This document shows, piece by piece, positions 44,260-54,127 of a stretch of DNA of 64,000 nucleotides. The stretch's first letter is position 1. Every line of letters starts with the position of its first letter. Where the stretch lies: the IMG/VR virus record IMGVR_UViG_3300027608_000028, positions 6,306-70,305 of that record. One strand, written 5' to 3'. The notes beneath the pieces are model-generated. The model worked only from the letters and a program-made list of their open reading frames with translations, ran no database searches and had not been told where the DNA came from. The stretch is from a virus. The translations under genes were made by a program, and so were the position numbers.

Positions 44260-44670
44260 TTAATCTTGTTTGGTGATTTCAAGTGGACCTGATAACCAGG
44301 CTTCGGTTTCGTCATTGTACCAATCATTCTCTTCCAGGAATTCATAATAGTCATCGGCTTCTTCTAACTCTGTAGTAAATGCTTGAAGTTCATCATCTTC
44401 AAACCCATCGTACTCATAATCGCCGTACCAACCATCGTCCATTGAGTCTAGTTCGATTTGTTCAATGTTGTCACCGCTGTGATCATACATGTTAATGCCG
44501 TCGTCATTTTCAGCAGTGATACCATCTGGCGGATTGTCATCGGTAGTTTCTACGTTAAATGTTCCCCAACGGAATCCATTAATGCGAGTAACTGTCTTAC
44601 CGTCTTTGGTCCAAATCTCACGCTCTTCACATGATTTCTTTTCTGTAGTTGATACTTTCCACCAAGCCAT
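44260..44670 (-). CDS. Highly acidic hypothetical protein
   Basis: Very D/E-rich, Trp-rich; AAGGA SD. Confidence 0.8.
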   Translation of the reverse strand: MAWWKVSTTEKKSCEEREIWTKDGKTVTRINGFRWGTFNVETTDDNPPDGITAENDDGINMYDHSGDNIEQIELDSMDDGWYGDYEYDGFEDDELQAFTTELEEADDYYEFLEENDWYNDETEAWLSGPLEITKQD

Positions 44671-44682
44671 GTTAGTTCCTTA

Positions 44683-44811
44683 TTAAAGTAATTCGTATTC
44701 GTCTTTGCCGCAACCGCACTCAGGACACAAGAAATCTTCAGCTAGATCTTCCCACTTGCCTTCTATTTCTTCATCATGGACATGTCCACAAACTATACAT
44801 ACGTGTTCCAT
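44683..44811 (-). CDS. Rubredoxin
   Basis: MEHVCIVCGHVHDEEIEGKWEDLAEDFLCPECGCGKDEYELL (below the ORF-track cutoff). Confidence 0.92.
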   Translation of the reverse strand: MEHVCIVCGHVHDEEIEGKWEDLAEDFLCPECGCGKDEYELL

Positions 44812-44812
44812 A

Positions 44813-45301
44813 TTACAATCCTCCTGCTTCCTGAGCCCATTGCTCTTTGTTTTTTAAATCGTTTAATTTATTTTGGTATGCTTCTGCATGACGCTTTTCA
44901 ATCTTAGACAATGCCGCAAAACGTTTACTAGCTTTTTCTAATACTGCTTTAAACTCTTGTGCATGTTGTTGACTTTCGCGCCCTTGCTCGTTGAATTCTT
45001 TCACTGCTTCAATGTTATGTTCGGCTTTTGCACGATATTCAAACTCCGGATACATTGTAGTGAACTCATATGTTTCACCTTCAATGGCCATTTCCAAACA
45101 TTTTTCAGTTGTTGGCTTACCAACAAGTAATTCCAAATGTCCCCATGCATGTAATAGTTCTTGATCTGCGGTGTGCTCAAAATGTTTTGCAACATCTTCA
45201 AAACCTTCTGCACGAGCAATCTTTGCAAAGTATCGATACTTGATGTGTGCTTGACTTTCTCCGGCCAATGCACTTGCTAAATTATCTAATGTTAATGACA
45301 T
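44813..45301 (-). CDS. Rubrerythrin
   Basis: 'ALAGESQAHIKY', 'ELLHA', 'GETYEFTTMYP', 'ESQQHA'. Confidence 0.93.
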   Translation of the reverse strand: MSLTLDNLASALAGESQAHIKYRYFAKIARAEGFEDVAKHFEHTADQELLHAWGHLELLVGKPTTEKCLEMAIEGETYEFTTMYPEFEYRAKAEHNIEAVKEFNEQGRESQQHAQEFKAVLEKASKRFAALSKIEKRHAEAYQNKLNDLKNKEQWAQEAGGL

Positions 45302-45310
45302 GTTTATCCT

Positions 45311-45523
45311 TTAGACGTCCCTGTCCATTTCGCCTGCTTCGCGCACTAGGCCTACAACTTCGTCTAAGGTGTTACACAAGATTTTGGCGTTGACATAGTC
45401 GCCTTTCTTGTTACGGCCACCTGCTTCTACCATATATCCGTTGTCGTACATGTTAACTGTAAATGATTCATTTACTTTAGTCAGCTTATCGCTGAGTTTA
45501 TTCACTGTCTTTGCTGTCGCCAT
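45311..45523 (-). CDS. Hypothetical protein
   Basis: 70 aa with SD. Confidence 0.7.
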   Translation of the reverse strand: MATAKTVNKLSDKLTKVNESFTVNMYDNGYMVEAGGRNKKGDYVNAKILCNTLDEVVGLVREAGEMDRDV

Positions 45524-45854
45524 GATCTAATTCCTTAATTGCTTTGTTAATTGTGCCTGATAAATTGTAAGCACTTTGTTTGTTTAAAATTATATGATGC
45601 TCTTGCTTCATTACTCCTTTAAACAAAATATTGTAAGCCGCTTTAAAGCGACTAAAATTGTGATCCCAAAATGGTGTCCACGTATCAATGTAAAATGATA
45701 ATTGCACAGATTGTAATTCATTATCACCTTCAACTTCTATCCACATATTAAGTTGATGTTCTGGATCCGTACATTCACAGGATACAACGTATGTTTTTGC
45801 GTCTGACCACTCGTTGGTTTGCATAATACCTTGTGCCGGAGTTTGTAATTTCAT
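45498..45854 (-). CDS. Hypothetical protein
   Basis: 118 aa, CxC...H motif. Confidence 0.7.
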   Translation of the reverse strand: MKLQTPAQGIMQTNEWSDAKTYVVSCECTDPEHQLNMWIEVEGDNELQSVQLSFYIDTWTPFWDHNFSRFKAAYNILFKGVMKQEHHIILNKQSAYNLSGTINKAIKELDHGDSKDSE

Positions 45855-46093
45855 ACTAGTAAACCTTTAATCCATTCATCAGCAGTCTTATCTGCATCAG
45901 TTGCACTTACTGCCCATACTTTTATTTCTGCAATTTGATATCCTTCTCTGCTAAAGATAAACAAATCAAATGGTACTCGTCCGTTAAGCACAAATTCTTC
46001 GGGTAAAGTTTTTGTTACTATAAATTGTTCTAGTTTTCCTGACTTAACTCTTGATATTAAATCATTCGCCATTTCAGCTGAATTTTTTTCCAT
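45851..46093 (-). CDS. Hypothetical protein
   Basis: 80 aa, coupled. Confidence 0.7.
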   Translation of the reverse strand: MEKNSAEMANDLISRVKSGKLEQFIVTKTLPEEFVLNGRVPFDLFIFSREGYQIAEIKVWAVSATDADKTADEWIKGLLV

Positions 46094-46289
46094 TGTGTGT
46101 CCTGTATTCGCTCTTTATCCACCACTTGTATGTTTTCCAGTATTGTTGCATTGTAACCGTGTCTTCTTTATAAACACGGCGCTCTTCACAGTTTTCTATC
46201 CAAAGGTTCTGTACCCACATCCTGAATGGGCTTGCAGTCTGAAGGCTTAGGAGGTCTAGTACAGCAGTATTCACATGTTGGGTCATCAC
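46074..46289 (-). CDS. Hypothetical protein (start uncertain)
   Basis: 'FRMWVQNLWIENCEER...YKWWIK'. Confidence 0.55.
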   Translation of the reverse strand: MMTQHVNTAVLDLLSLQTASPFRMWVQNLWIENCEERRVYKEDTVTMQQYWKTYKWWIKSEYRTHNGKKFS

Positions 46290-46392
46290 ATTTATCCTCT
46301 AACCATAGGTTACAATTACTACAATAAAAACAGTCATGCTCTTCTGAGTACGATTTTGTTTTTCGACAACAGAGTGAAGCAGTTACGTCCAC
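46186..46392 (-). CDS. Cys-rich putative zinc-binding protein
   Basis: 'HDCFYCSNCNLWLEDKCDDPTCEYCCTRP'. Confidence 0.6.
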   Translation of the reverse strand: MDVTASLCCRKTKSYSEEHDCFYCSNCNLWLEDKCDDPTCEYCCTRPPKPSDCKPIQDVGTEPLDRKL

Positions 46393-47228
46393 AAACTATC
46401 ACGAGCTTTGATCAATCTAATCATCATTGCTTCGTCTTCTTTTTCGTAGGCCGCTTCGATTTTTTGCAATAGCTTGTGGGCCTTAGTACTCATCTTTTTC
46501 ATTTCGGGTGTCTTGTCACCGCTGAAACTTAATTTGCCGCCATTGGCAATTCTGCTAGTTTCACAATATTCAGTCCAGCCACTGGCATCATAAGGATCAG
46601 GACGATTGCGATAAGTTACAGTCCACCAAGTGTAAAGCTCTTTGAGTTCTTTGGCACGGATAGCTTGTCCAGTAGGCTTGTCAAAGTTTTCACTACCTTC
46701 TTCCACGCCCATATCGTTGCCAAATTTAAGTGTCATTGCCCAGTCAAGATGATCAATACCTGCTTGAGGACAACGCCAAGTTCTCCAACGCCACCAGCCA
46801 CTTGCATAGAATGGAGGATTGTACTTTGCACGGTCTTCTTTACTGCCCCAGGCAATATGACTCCAAGCTGATTCTATCTCAACAAAATCAACCAGCTCAT
46901 TGAATAAGCAAGGCAAAAAGCGGTTCCCCACGTCTTGCCACTGGCCAGGCTTAATATCCCGGGGATGAGCGGTAAGACTATGAGTCCGACTAACCCAACG
47001 GTTGTTAATGTAGTACTTGATAGCATGAATTTTCCTTATAGGCCATGTTACAAAATCTTGGATGTGACCAAGTGCTTCTTCCGCAAGCCAATATCGGAAG
47101 TTATGCTTCATCTGCGCCGCAGTTGTCCAGTCGTCCCATTCTTCACTTGTGCCGGCGCTGAGCTTTTTGGTGCCGCGAAGCCAATCTGCGAAAGGAGTAC
47201 AACTCCAGTAGTTAGTATGTTGTGCCAT
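46383..47228 (-). CDS. Trp-rich hypothetical phage protein
   Basis: 281 aa; sigma70 promoter at 47281-47309. Confidence 0.8.
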   Translation of the reverse strand: MAQHTNYWSCTPFADWLRGTKKLSAGTSEEWDDWTTAAQMKHNFRYWLAEEALGHIQDFVTWPIRKIHAIKYYINNRWVSRTHSLTAHPRDIKPGQWQDVGNRFLPCLFNELVDFVEIESAWSHIAWGSKEDRAKYNPPFYASGWWRWRTWRCPQAGIDHLDWAMTLKFGNDMGVEEGSENFDKPTGQAIRAKELKELYTWWTVTYRNRPDPYDASGWTEYCETSRIANGGKLSFSGDKTPEMKKMSTKAHKLLQKIEAAYEKEDEAMMIRLIKARDSLWT

Positions 47229-47315
47229 TTATGTTCTATTATCCAATTAACGGTTTATTCATTACTGTTATTCTTTTTACATTGTACATTATAAAGGTAT
47301 CTTTGTCAACTTAAA

Positions 47316-47774
47316 TTACTGTCGTTGTTGTTTCATATTTACCAAATATTTTTCATTATGTACCCAGTTATTTTTAACCAAAAATCCCCATTCACGTTTG
47401 TGTGGGCCTGGCATAAACAATGTCCATGCAGTTACACTAGGATCTAGTTCAATACGATGGTAACTGGTAGCACTACACGTACGGAAATGACCTGGGCCGC
47501 GCCAATGTGCTATTTCTCCAAACTTTTTACCATCTTTGTCAAACTGTGGAATCCATTCCCAATATCCGCCTTTTAGAATAAGCGTGGCATAGGGCCATGG
47601 ATGATCATGTACATCGTCTGGATCTGATTTTAGAAATTTGTGTATGAATATATTGAATGGAAACCAATTGCGTTCCTTGAGGAAAATATAATAACGCTCT
47701 AGATAGGGTTCGTGATCAACCCTATCCATAATAATACGTTTACGACCCAATTTATCTAGAAGTTTTAGTAACAT
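47316..47774 (-). CDS. Cupin-like protein
   Basis: 'HDHPW...GGYWE...HRIEL...WTLF...EWGF'; promoter at 47795-47823. Confidence 0.8.
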   Translation of the reverse strand: MLLKLLDKLGRKRIIMDRVDHEPYLERYYIFLKERNWFPFNIFIHKFLKSDPDDVHDHPWPYATLILKGGYWEWIPQFDKDGKKFGEIAHWRGPGHFRTCSATSYHRIELDPSVTAWTLFMPGPHKREWGFLVKNNWVHNEKYLVNMKQQRQ

Positions 47775-47839
47775 AAAAAAATCCCTATACTATTATTTTA
47801 GCATAGAGATCAGTTTATGTCAATTATAAATTTGTCCAA

Positions 47840-48736
47840 TTATAAAGATCCAGAAAGATCGTATAAACCTGTAACACCTGGACCTTTGACATTTAAATCG
47901 TTCATAAATGTGCAAACTTGTCTGCGATTATTGGCTTTGTTAAAACTTAAATGTAACCATGCCGTTTTGCGTGGTGTATTTTTATATTCCAATAAGAACT
48001 GATCATATACTGTGTTATCTTTGACCCATTGTGCTCTTGTAAAATAGTCCGGAAGACTTGCTTTAGAGAATTGAATATCACAGGCCATGCCCAAGGGGTG
48101 CTGGCTAGTAGGACTTCCTACTCCTCGTTTCCTAAATGAACAAGTCATAAAGGCATCAGGATATTGTTTTTTAATTTTATCAAATGAATTTATAATTAAC
48201 AATCTGAGGTTGTCACATACTGCTTGAACTGTGGTGCCATTTGGTTGAGCAAGACTGGCTACATCGTAGGGATATATAACGTTTGGTTGTTTGGTAACTG
48301 TTTTGACATAATATTTAATACCAGTTAACGGGCTATCATATAATAATATGTTGTCAACGTCAGAACTAAGTTGTACTGACCCTGCGGTGTTGGCAGGTAC
48401 ATTCGACGGTCCGGTAGTATCATCTCTGCTCGAAGTAGCATTTCTGCCTGCCGCAATTGCGGCGGCATCTAACGTACCGTTTGCAATTAATTTATTTTGT
48501 TCGGCAATAACATCTGCTGGACTATCAGCATCGCCTTCTGTGTGCTCACTTGATACTGTTTCTTTAACATAAGAAGGAAGAGAAATTGCTGATAAGATTG
48601 CCGCTTCTGTTCCTTGTGGATCTTGCCACAATGCAATAGGAACGAAATTAGCACGAACGTTACCGCTATGGAAAACATCTAAAACTTCTGGTGATCCGGC
48701 ATCAGCCTGTGGCCCGCCTCCTGCTACGTATGGCAT
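47840..48736 (-). CDS. Protein with a C-terminal peptidase M15-like (Zn) domain
   Basis: 'CSFR...SQHPLGMACD...DQFLLEY...WLHLSF'; TAAATA upstream. Confidence 0.8.
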   Translation of the reverse strand: MPYVAGGGPQADAGSPEVLDVFHSGNVRANFVPIALWQDPQGTEAAILSAISLPSYVKETVSSEHTEGDADSPADVIAEQNKLIANGTLDAAAIAAGRNATSSRDDTTGPSNVPANTAGSVQLSSDVDNILLYDSPLTGIKYYVKTVTKQPNVIYPYDVASLAQPNGTTVQAVCDNLRLLIINSFDKIKKQYPDAFMTCSFRKRGVGSPTSQHPLGMACDIQFSKASLPDYFTRAQWVKDNTVYDQFLLEYKNTPRKTAWLHLSFNKANNRRQVCTFMNDLNVKGPGVTGLYDLSGSL

Positions 48737-48759
48737 ATTATATCTCCTAGTATTACTAT

Positions 48760-49050
48760 TTAACTTAATGCAATACCGGTAGTTGCTTGCAGATAATTAT
48801 CACTCATTTGTTTGGCGCTTGCGGCCATGGCAACTACGTGTGTACGTTTGTACGTAACTAGGCCAGCATCATTGGCTGTAATCATATATGGCGCAAGGCT
48901 CATTCCTTGTGGGCCTGCCGCAAGTACTAATGGGCGATGGATAGTTACACTATCAGTTCCGTCATCGTCTAGTTTTCCTACAACTTCTTCACCTGTAACT
49001 AGTTTCATACTAACTACATCTCCTGTTTTATAAGGTACATTAAGTAACAT
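48760..49050 (-). CDS. Sm-like fold protein
   Basis: 'GDVVSMKLVTGEEVVGK...Y..ATTGI'. Confidence 0.7.
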   Translation of the reverse strand: MLLNVPYKTGDVVSMKLVTGEEVVGKLDDDGTDSVTIHRPLVLAAGPQGMSLAPYMITANDAGLVTYKRTHVVAMAASAKQMSDNYLQATTGIALS

Positions 49051-49071
49051 TTTTCTCTCCGTGTATTCAGA

Positions 49072-49305
49072 TTATATCTGATTATTGTCGATCCATTCGA
49101 CTAATTTGTCATATCCACCAATATATTGATCGTTAATAAAAATTTGTGGTATAGTTCTGGCAGTGGGTACTGCTTCTAATAATTGTTCTTTAGTCCAATC
49201 CTTGCTTACATTTCTCTCTTCAAATTCAATTTCTTTCATCTTTAACAATGCTTTTGCTTGGTCGCAAAACGGACATTGATTCTTACTCCATACTACTGCT
49301 TTCAT
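49072..49305 (-). CDS. Glutaredoxin
   Basis: CPFC, 'TIPQIFI...IGGY'. Confidence 0.95.
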   Translation of the reverse strand: MKAVVWSKNQCPFCDQAKALLKMKEIEFEERNVSKDWTKEQLLEAVPTARTIPQIFINDQYIGGYDKLVEWIDNNQI

Positions 49306-49321
49306 GATTATTCCCTTATGT

Positions 49322-50425
49322 TTATAATAGCACAGGCAACTCGTTATAGTCAATGCTTTCGCTCATAATACCAATAACATAGTTTGTCGATTCGTTTTCT
49401 TGAAGTGCTGTTTGTTTTTTACTGGTGTCAACGTGTTTGTTAAACCATGGAATAGGAGTACTGCGTGGTGCGGCTTGTTGATATTTGATACCAATATCTT
49501 TAAGCGCAGACACTGCTGTGTAATCAACGAAGTCACGCAGGATGTTAGCGTTGAGTCCAATAACTGGGCCCATTTTAAACAAATAAGTTGCCCAATCTTT
49601 TTCTTCGCGAATAACATCCATATATAGTTCGTACACTTCTTGTTCACATTCTCCTTTTACTTCAGCAAAACGTGTGTCTTCCTTGACTACCTGATTAATC
49701 AAGTAAGCAGTCCAACCTTTGTGTAGTAACTCGTCTTGTAAAATTAAACTGATAATGTTTCCATTACCCATAAAGATTCGATTCTCTACCATTGCAAGAC
49801 TTGTGGCAAATGATACCATGAAGCGAAATGCTTCTAGTGCATAGCTGGCGTTTAGTGCCATCCAAATTGCTCTAATATGCGCTTCTTCATTAACTGATCC
49901 GTCTATTTCTTTCATGCAGTTAATTCTGTGCAACTCGTCATAATACTTGCCTACACTTGATGCCATATCAACAATTTCTTTAGTGTCGTGAATAGTGTTG
50001 AATACATCTTTGGGCACATTGTAAATATTGCGAATGATATGGCTGTAGCTCTTGCTGTGAATGTTAGTTTCAAAGAAAGTCCAGTTATACACTAGTGCTT
50101 CTAGTTCGGGCAAACTTATAACAGGTGTGAAGATTTGGCTTGGGCCGCGGCCTTGTAAACTATCCAATGCTGTTTGACGTAGCAAGTTACTAGTAAAGAT
50201 GTGCTTAACTGCTTCACTAGCATCCTTGAAGTCATTACTATCTTTAGTCAAACTAATCTCTTCTGGTTGCCAAAAGAAACCACGTGCTGTTTCTTCAAAC
50301 TTGGCAATCTTTGGATACTTCACTTCCTCAAAGCGTTGAATGGTAACTGGACCTGCTGGATCCAGAAACATCTTGCGATTAAGATAGTCTGTCTTGGTGT
50401 TTAAATTATATTGTTGTTTTGACAT
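49322..50425 (-). CDS. nrdB: Ribonucleotide reductase class Ia beta subunit
   Basis: 'FFWQPEE', 'DSLQGR', 'ETNIHSKSYSH', 'DELLH', 'QENE'. Confidence 0.97.
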   Translation of the reverse strand: MSKQQYNLNTKTDYLNRKMFLDPAGPVTIQRFEEVKYPKIAKFEETARGFFWQPEEISLTKDSNDFKDASEAVKHIFTSNLLRQTALDSLQGRGPSQIFTPVISLPELEALVYNWTFFETNIHSKSYSHIIRNIYNVPKDVFNTIHDTKEIVDMASSVGKYYDELHRINCMKEIDGSVNEEAHIRAIWMALNASYALEAFRFMVSFATSLAMVENRIFMGNGNIISLILQDELLHKGWTAYLINQVVKEDTRFAEVKGECEQEVYELYMDVIREEKDWATYLFKMGPVIGLNANILRDFVDYTAVSALKDIGIKYQQAAPRSTPIPWFNKHVDTSKKQTALQENESTNYVIGIMSESIDYNELPVLL

Positions 50426-50426
50426 T

Positions 50427-51077
50427 TTAATATTTTCCTGATGCAAGTACTATCTTGCAAATGTGTTCTAATCTTTCTATATGTTCGTATGCTCGCCATG
50501 GACTTGTATCAATGGCAACAACTCCGTGTCCGTTGATACCCACTATGTCAAAAGCAATGTTGCCGTCATTGTCTAGTTGTAATTGTTTATGGCATTGATC
50601 CGCAAGCTCTTGGCTAATAGGAGGCACATCACCCACATTAGGTGCTACCTTGGTATAACGGTTCAGTTCTGGAAAAGCTGTGCTTACAGTGCTTAGATCA
50701 ATACCGGCATGCATGGCCGCAATACAGTAAGTGGGATGAACGTGTACAACTACACGAACTTCACCGGTGTGCTGTCCCATTTCTCGTTGTAGGCCAAAGT
50801 GTAAAGGAAGCTCTCCACTGGGCTTTAGGTTGGCACTGATCTCAGTATACTCCAGCTCTTTGATTGCATGATACAATCGGGGAGGTTGATCATAGTAGCC
50901 TTTTTCAATGCCAATCTTCTTAAACTGATCAGGCTGTAGTGTTTGTTTACGCACACCACTTGGTGTAATGTAAAAATGGTCACGATCATGATGTCGTATG
51001 CTAACATTACCATCACGACTAGTAATCCAGTTACGCTTATAAGCGTCTACCATTATGTCACATATTGTTTCTAACAT
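50427..51077 (-). CDS. Class II aldolase/adducin-family protein
   Basis: 'DGNVS', 'ITPSG', 'PSGELPLH', 'VHVHP', 'HGVVA'. Confidence 0.93.
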   Translation of the reverse strand: MLETICDIMVDAYKRNWITSRDGNVSIRHHDRDHFYITPSGVRKQTLQPDQFKKIGIEKGYYDQPPRLYHAIKELEYTEISANLKPSGELPLHFGLQREMGQHTGEVRVVVHVHPTYCIAAMHAGIDLSTVSTAFPELNRYTKVAPNVGDVPPISQELADQCHKQLQLDNDGNIAFDIVGINGHGVVAIDTSPWRAYEHIERLEHICKIVLASGKY

Positions 51078-51274
51078 TACGCATGACCCTTGTGAATTAA
51101 TTGATTAACCATATTAAGATCAAATTCTAATTTAGAAATGTTATCTCGTGCCCGTTGATACTCTATGCTATGAACATCACCGTCATTGGTAACAATGTCC
51201 AAATACATATTTGAGGCACGGTCGTGTGCCTCTTTGAGATCGTGTTCTAATAATACTCTTCTATCTTTTAACAT
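51077..51274 (-). CDS. Hypothetical protein
   Basis: 65 aa with SD. Confidence 0.65.
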   Translation of the reverse strand: MLKDRRVLLEHDLKEAHDRASNMYLDIVTNDGDVHSIEYQRARDNISKLEFDLNMVNQLIHKGHA

Positions 51275-51283
51275 ATCGATTCC

Positions 51284-53608
51284 TTATAGTTTACAACTTT
51301 CACAGGATTCTTCGTCGTCGAAGTCGATAGGTTCTAACATTGTAGGAGCTTCTTCTGCATCTGCTTTACTACCAGCTTTGTTAATCAAACTATAGTAGAA
51401 TGTTTTCAATCCCCACATGTGCGCTTGCATCAAATTCTTGGCAATCAATGTAGTTGGTACTTTACGATCCGCCCAATGTGCTGGATTATAGAATGTGTTA
51501 GTACTAATGCTTTGGTCAACATAGGCGGCGAGAACAGATGCCGTCTTTAAATATCCATCGCAGTCCTTTTGTTCCCACATTAATTGATATTTGTTCTTCA
51601 ACTTGTGATATTCAGGAACAACTTGTACAAAAGATCCAGCTTTACTTTCTTTAGTACTGATTAGGCTCATGGGCATTTCAATGCCATTAGTACTATTGAT
51701 TACTACGCTACTAGATTCAACTGGCGCTACTGCCATTAGTGTAGCATTACGTACACCGTACTGTTTCATATTAGTACGTAGAGTTTCCCAATCGAGTTCT
51801 GGAGTAAAGTCTGCCAATTCGTTAACGCCCGTTGCACGTAGTTCCCACGGGAATGTGCCCTGGCCATAACGTGTCTTATCGCTGTGTGTGCATGGTCCAC
51901 GTTCTTTGGCCAATTCAACAGTTGCTTCTGTTAGGTAAAACGCTTGATGCTCCATCCATGCTTTAACATCTTGTAGTGCATCCTTCTCGCCGTACCTGAG
52001 TCCACGCTTGGCGTGCCAGTAGGCAAGATTTGTAATGCCAATGCCCAATGGTTGAATTTCATCGTTGCTTAGTTTGCTTTGAATACTTAAAAAGTCTTGG
52101 TAATCAAGTATGTTACATAGGCTACGTTGTAATATACGGCAAGCACGGCGCATGTCTTCGGGATTCCTGAAAGCTCCCCAGTTGATACTTCCCAGTGTAC
52201 ATAACGCTATGCGGCCATCTGCATCGTCAAGACGCTTGAACGATTTAGTTGGTAATAGAATCTCGCAACATAGATTGCTTTGATAAATTGTATGGTATTC
52301 GGGATCGAACGGTCCTTGCTTCATTACGTTGTCAATGAACACTAGATAGATGCGGCCAGTGTCAGTACGTTCTTTTAGTATTCCACTTTTAAATACTTCT
52401 TCAGCTGACATTGTCTTAGTACGTAGATCTTTACGTTTTTCGTATTCACAATATAATTGTTCAAACCGTTTTGTGTTAGTGTAGAAGGCTTCGTATAAGT
52501 CAGGCACTTCATTAGGATCAAAGAATGTTATGTTTTCTTTGTTTTTGAATCGTCTCCAGAAGAAAGCACTAAGCACAACCCCATAATCCATATGACGGAC
52601 TCGGGTTTCTTCTGTTCCTTGGTTGTTCTTAAGTACAATAAGATCATCAAACTGATGATGCCAAATAGGATAAAATACAGTAGCACTTGCATTACGAATA
52701 CCTCCTTGACTGCAACTACGCAGGTCGCCAAACCACTTCTTCAAGAAAGGTATCATACCTGTGTGCATGATCTCACCGCCTCTGATAGGAGATCCTAATG
52801 GACGCAATCGTCCAATTTCCAAACCAATGCCAGCACGTTTACTGGCATACTTGGCCATCATCTCGCCACTAGCGAAAATACTATCCAAGTCATCATCACT
52901 GCGAATAAGTACGCACGAACTGAATTGCTTAGTAGGGGTACCGAGACCAGCAAGGACGGGAGTAGCAAGGGTAAATAATCCATCACTTGCGGCATTGTAG
53001 TATTCCTTTATGTAACGCATACGGGCCGTGTTAGGTTCTTCTTTATGAAACACCGTAGCGGCCGCTATCATGTATCTAATCTGCGGTGTCTCATATGTTT
53101 GTTTTGTGCTACGATTTTTAACTAGGTATTTTTCAATCAGTTGTTCAATAGCCGCATATCCATATTGTTCATCTTTTTCATGATCCAACATGTCGTTCAT
53201 TCGATTCCAGTCTTCTTCAGTATACCATTCAAGAAGTTCTGCGGTATACAATCCAGTGGCTACGTTTGTTTTTACTATTTCATATAAGTGAGGAACAGTA
53301 TAACTGCCATATACATCTTTGCGTAGCATACTTAAACGTTGCTTACCTGCCACGTATTGATAGTTAACATGTCCAATGTCTGGGTTTGATTCAACGTCAA
53401 TCAAATCGACAATAGCACGTAAGGTGACGCCGTCAATTTCTTTAGTAGTAATGCCATCATAAAAATGCAGTTGCGCTTTGATCTCAATCATGCTTTGGCT
53501 AACATCTGCAATGCCGGCGCATACTTTTGCTACCTGTGCCTGCCATTTTTCTACTGCCAAAGGCTCAACGCTTCCGTCTCTTTTTGTTACATATATATTT
53601 TTTGTCAT
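51284..53608 (-). CDS. nrdA: Ribonucleotide reductase class Ia alpha subunit
   Basis: ATP cone 'VTKRDG', 'QFSSCVL', 'QSNLCCEI', 'KTFYY', C-terminal CESC. Confidence 0.98.
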   Translation of the reverse strand: MTKNIYVTKRDGSVEPLAVEKWQAQVAKVCAGIADVSQSMIEIKAQLHFYDGITTKEIDGVTLRAIVDLIDVESNPDIGHVNYQYVAGKQRLSMLRKDVYGSYTVPHLYEIVKTNVATGLYTAELLEWYTEEDWNRMNDMLDHEKDEQYGYAAIEQLIEKYLVKNRSTKQTYETPQIRYMIAAATVFHKEEPNTARMRYIKEYYNAASDGLFTLATPVLAGLGTPTKQFSSCVLIRSDDDLDSIFASGEMMAKYASKRAGIGLEIGRLRPLGSPIRGGEIMHTGMIPFLKKWFGDLRSCSQGGIRNASATVFYPIWHHQFDDLIVLKNNQGTEETRVRHMDYGVVLSAFFWRRFKNKENITFFDPNEVPDLYEAFYTNTKRFEQLYCEYEKRKDLRTKTMSAEEVFKSGILKERTDTGRIYLVFIDNVMKQGPFDPEYHTIYQSNLCCEILLPTKSFKRLDDADGRIALCTLGSINWGAFRNPEDMRRACRILQRSLCNILDYQDFLSIQSKLSNDEIQPLGIGITNLAYWHAKRGLRYGEKDALQDVKAWMEHQAFYLTEATVELAKERGPCTHSDKTRYGQGTFPWELRATGVNELADFTPELDWETLRTNMKQYGVRNATLMAVAPVESSSVVINSTNGIEMPMSLISTKESKAGSFVQVVPEYHKLKNKYQLMWEQKDCDGYLKTASVLAAYVDQSISTNTFYNPAHWADRKVPTTLIAKNLMQAHMWGLKTFYYSLINKAGSKADAEEAPTMLEPIDFDDEESCESCKL

Positions 53609-53680
53609 TAATTATTCCGGGTGTTATTGTTTTAGTGGTTTGATATTTAAGCCAGACTCCAACTAGTTAAAAGCTAGTAT

Positions 53681-54127
53681 TTAAAATAATTTTTCTAATT
53701 CATCGGACTCAAATATTTTTAATATTTCAATTTCCGGTGAGTCGTATGCTAGATGCTTATTATAAAGGAATACCGTTTGATTGTCAACGTTAATTGCCAA
53801 ACAATTATGCCTTTGTTCTTTATCGTTAACTATACAAAGGCTTATATTGTTTATATCAATATCAGCAAGTTTAAGTGAGTAGTAAATTCCTAATATAATA
53901 CTGTTTGGACAAAAATCAGGAGAATATAAAAGATTCCATGGGTTGGGCCAAGTATCAATTTTCCATGGGTCAAATGTCCTACGAATTGCAGGTGCTTGTG
54001 TCCACCAAGTGTATGCAGTACTAAGGTGGTTAGAAGAAAGTTCCTCTAATCCTATTCTTAATTTGCGCCACTCTCGTAGTCGGCCGGCGGCGCTTAACGA
54101 CCAAATTTGCTTTATGCTGATTTCCAC
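53681..54127 (-). CDS. Hypothetical protein
   Basis: 'RLREWRKLR...WPNPWNLL...FC'. Confidence 0.75.
   Translation of the reverse strand: MEISIKQIWSLSAAGRLREWRKLRIGLEELSSNHLSTAYTWWTQAPAIRRTFDPWKIDTWPNPWNLLYSPDFCPNSIILGIYYSLKLADIDINNISLCIVNDKEQRHNCLAINVDNQTVFLYNKHLAYDSPEIEILKIFESDELEKLF

Noticed and set aside
49322-53608. Introns or inteins in nrdA/nrdB
   Set aside because: Both ORFs are continuous and of normal length.
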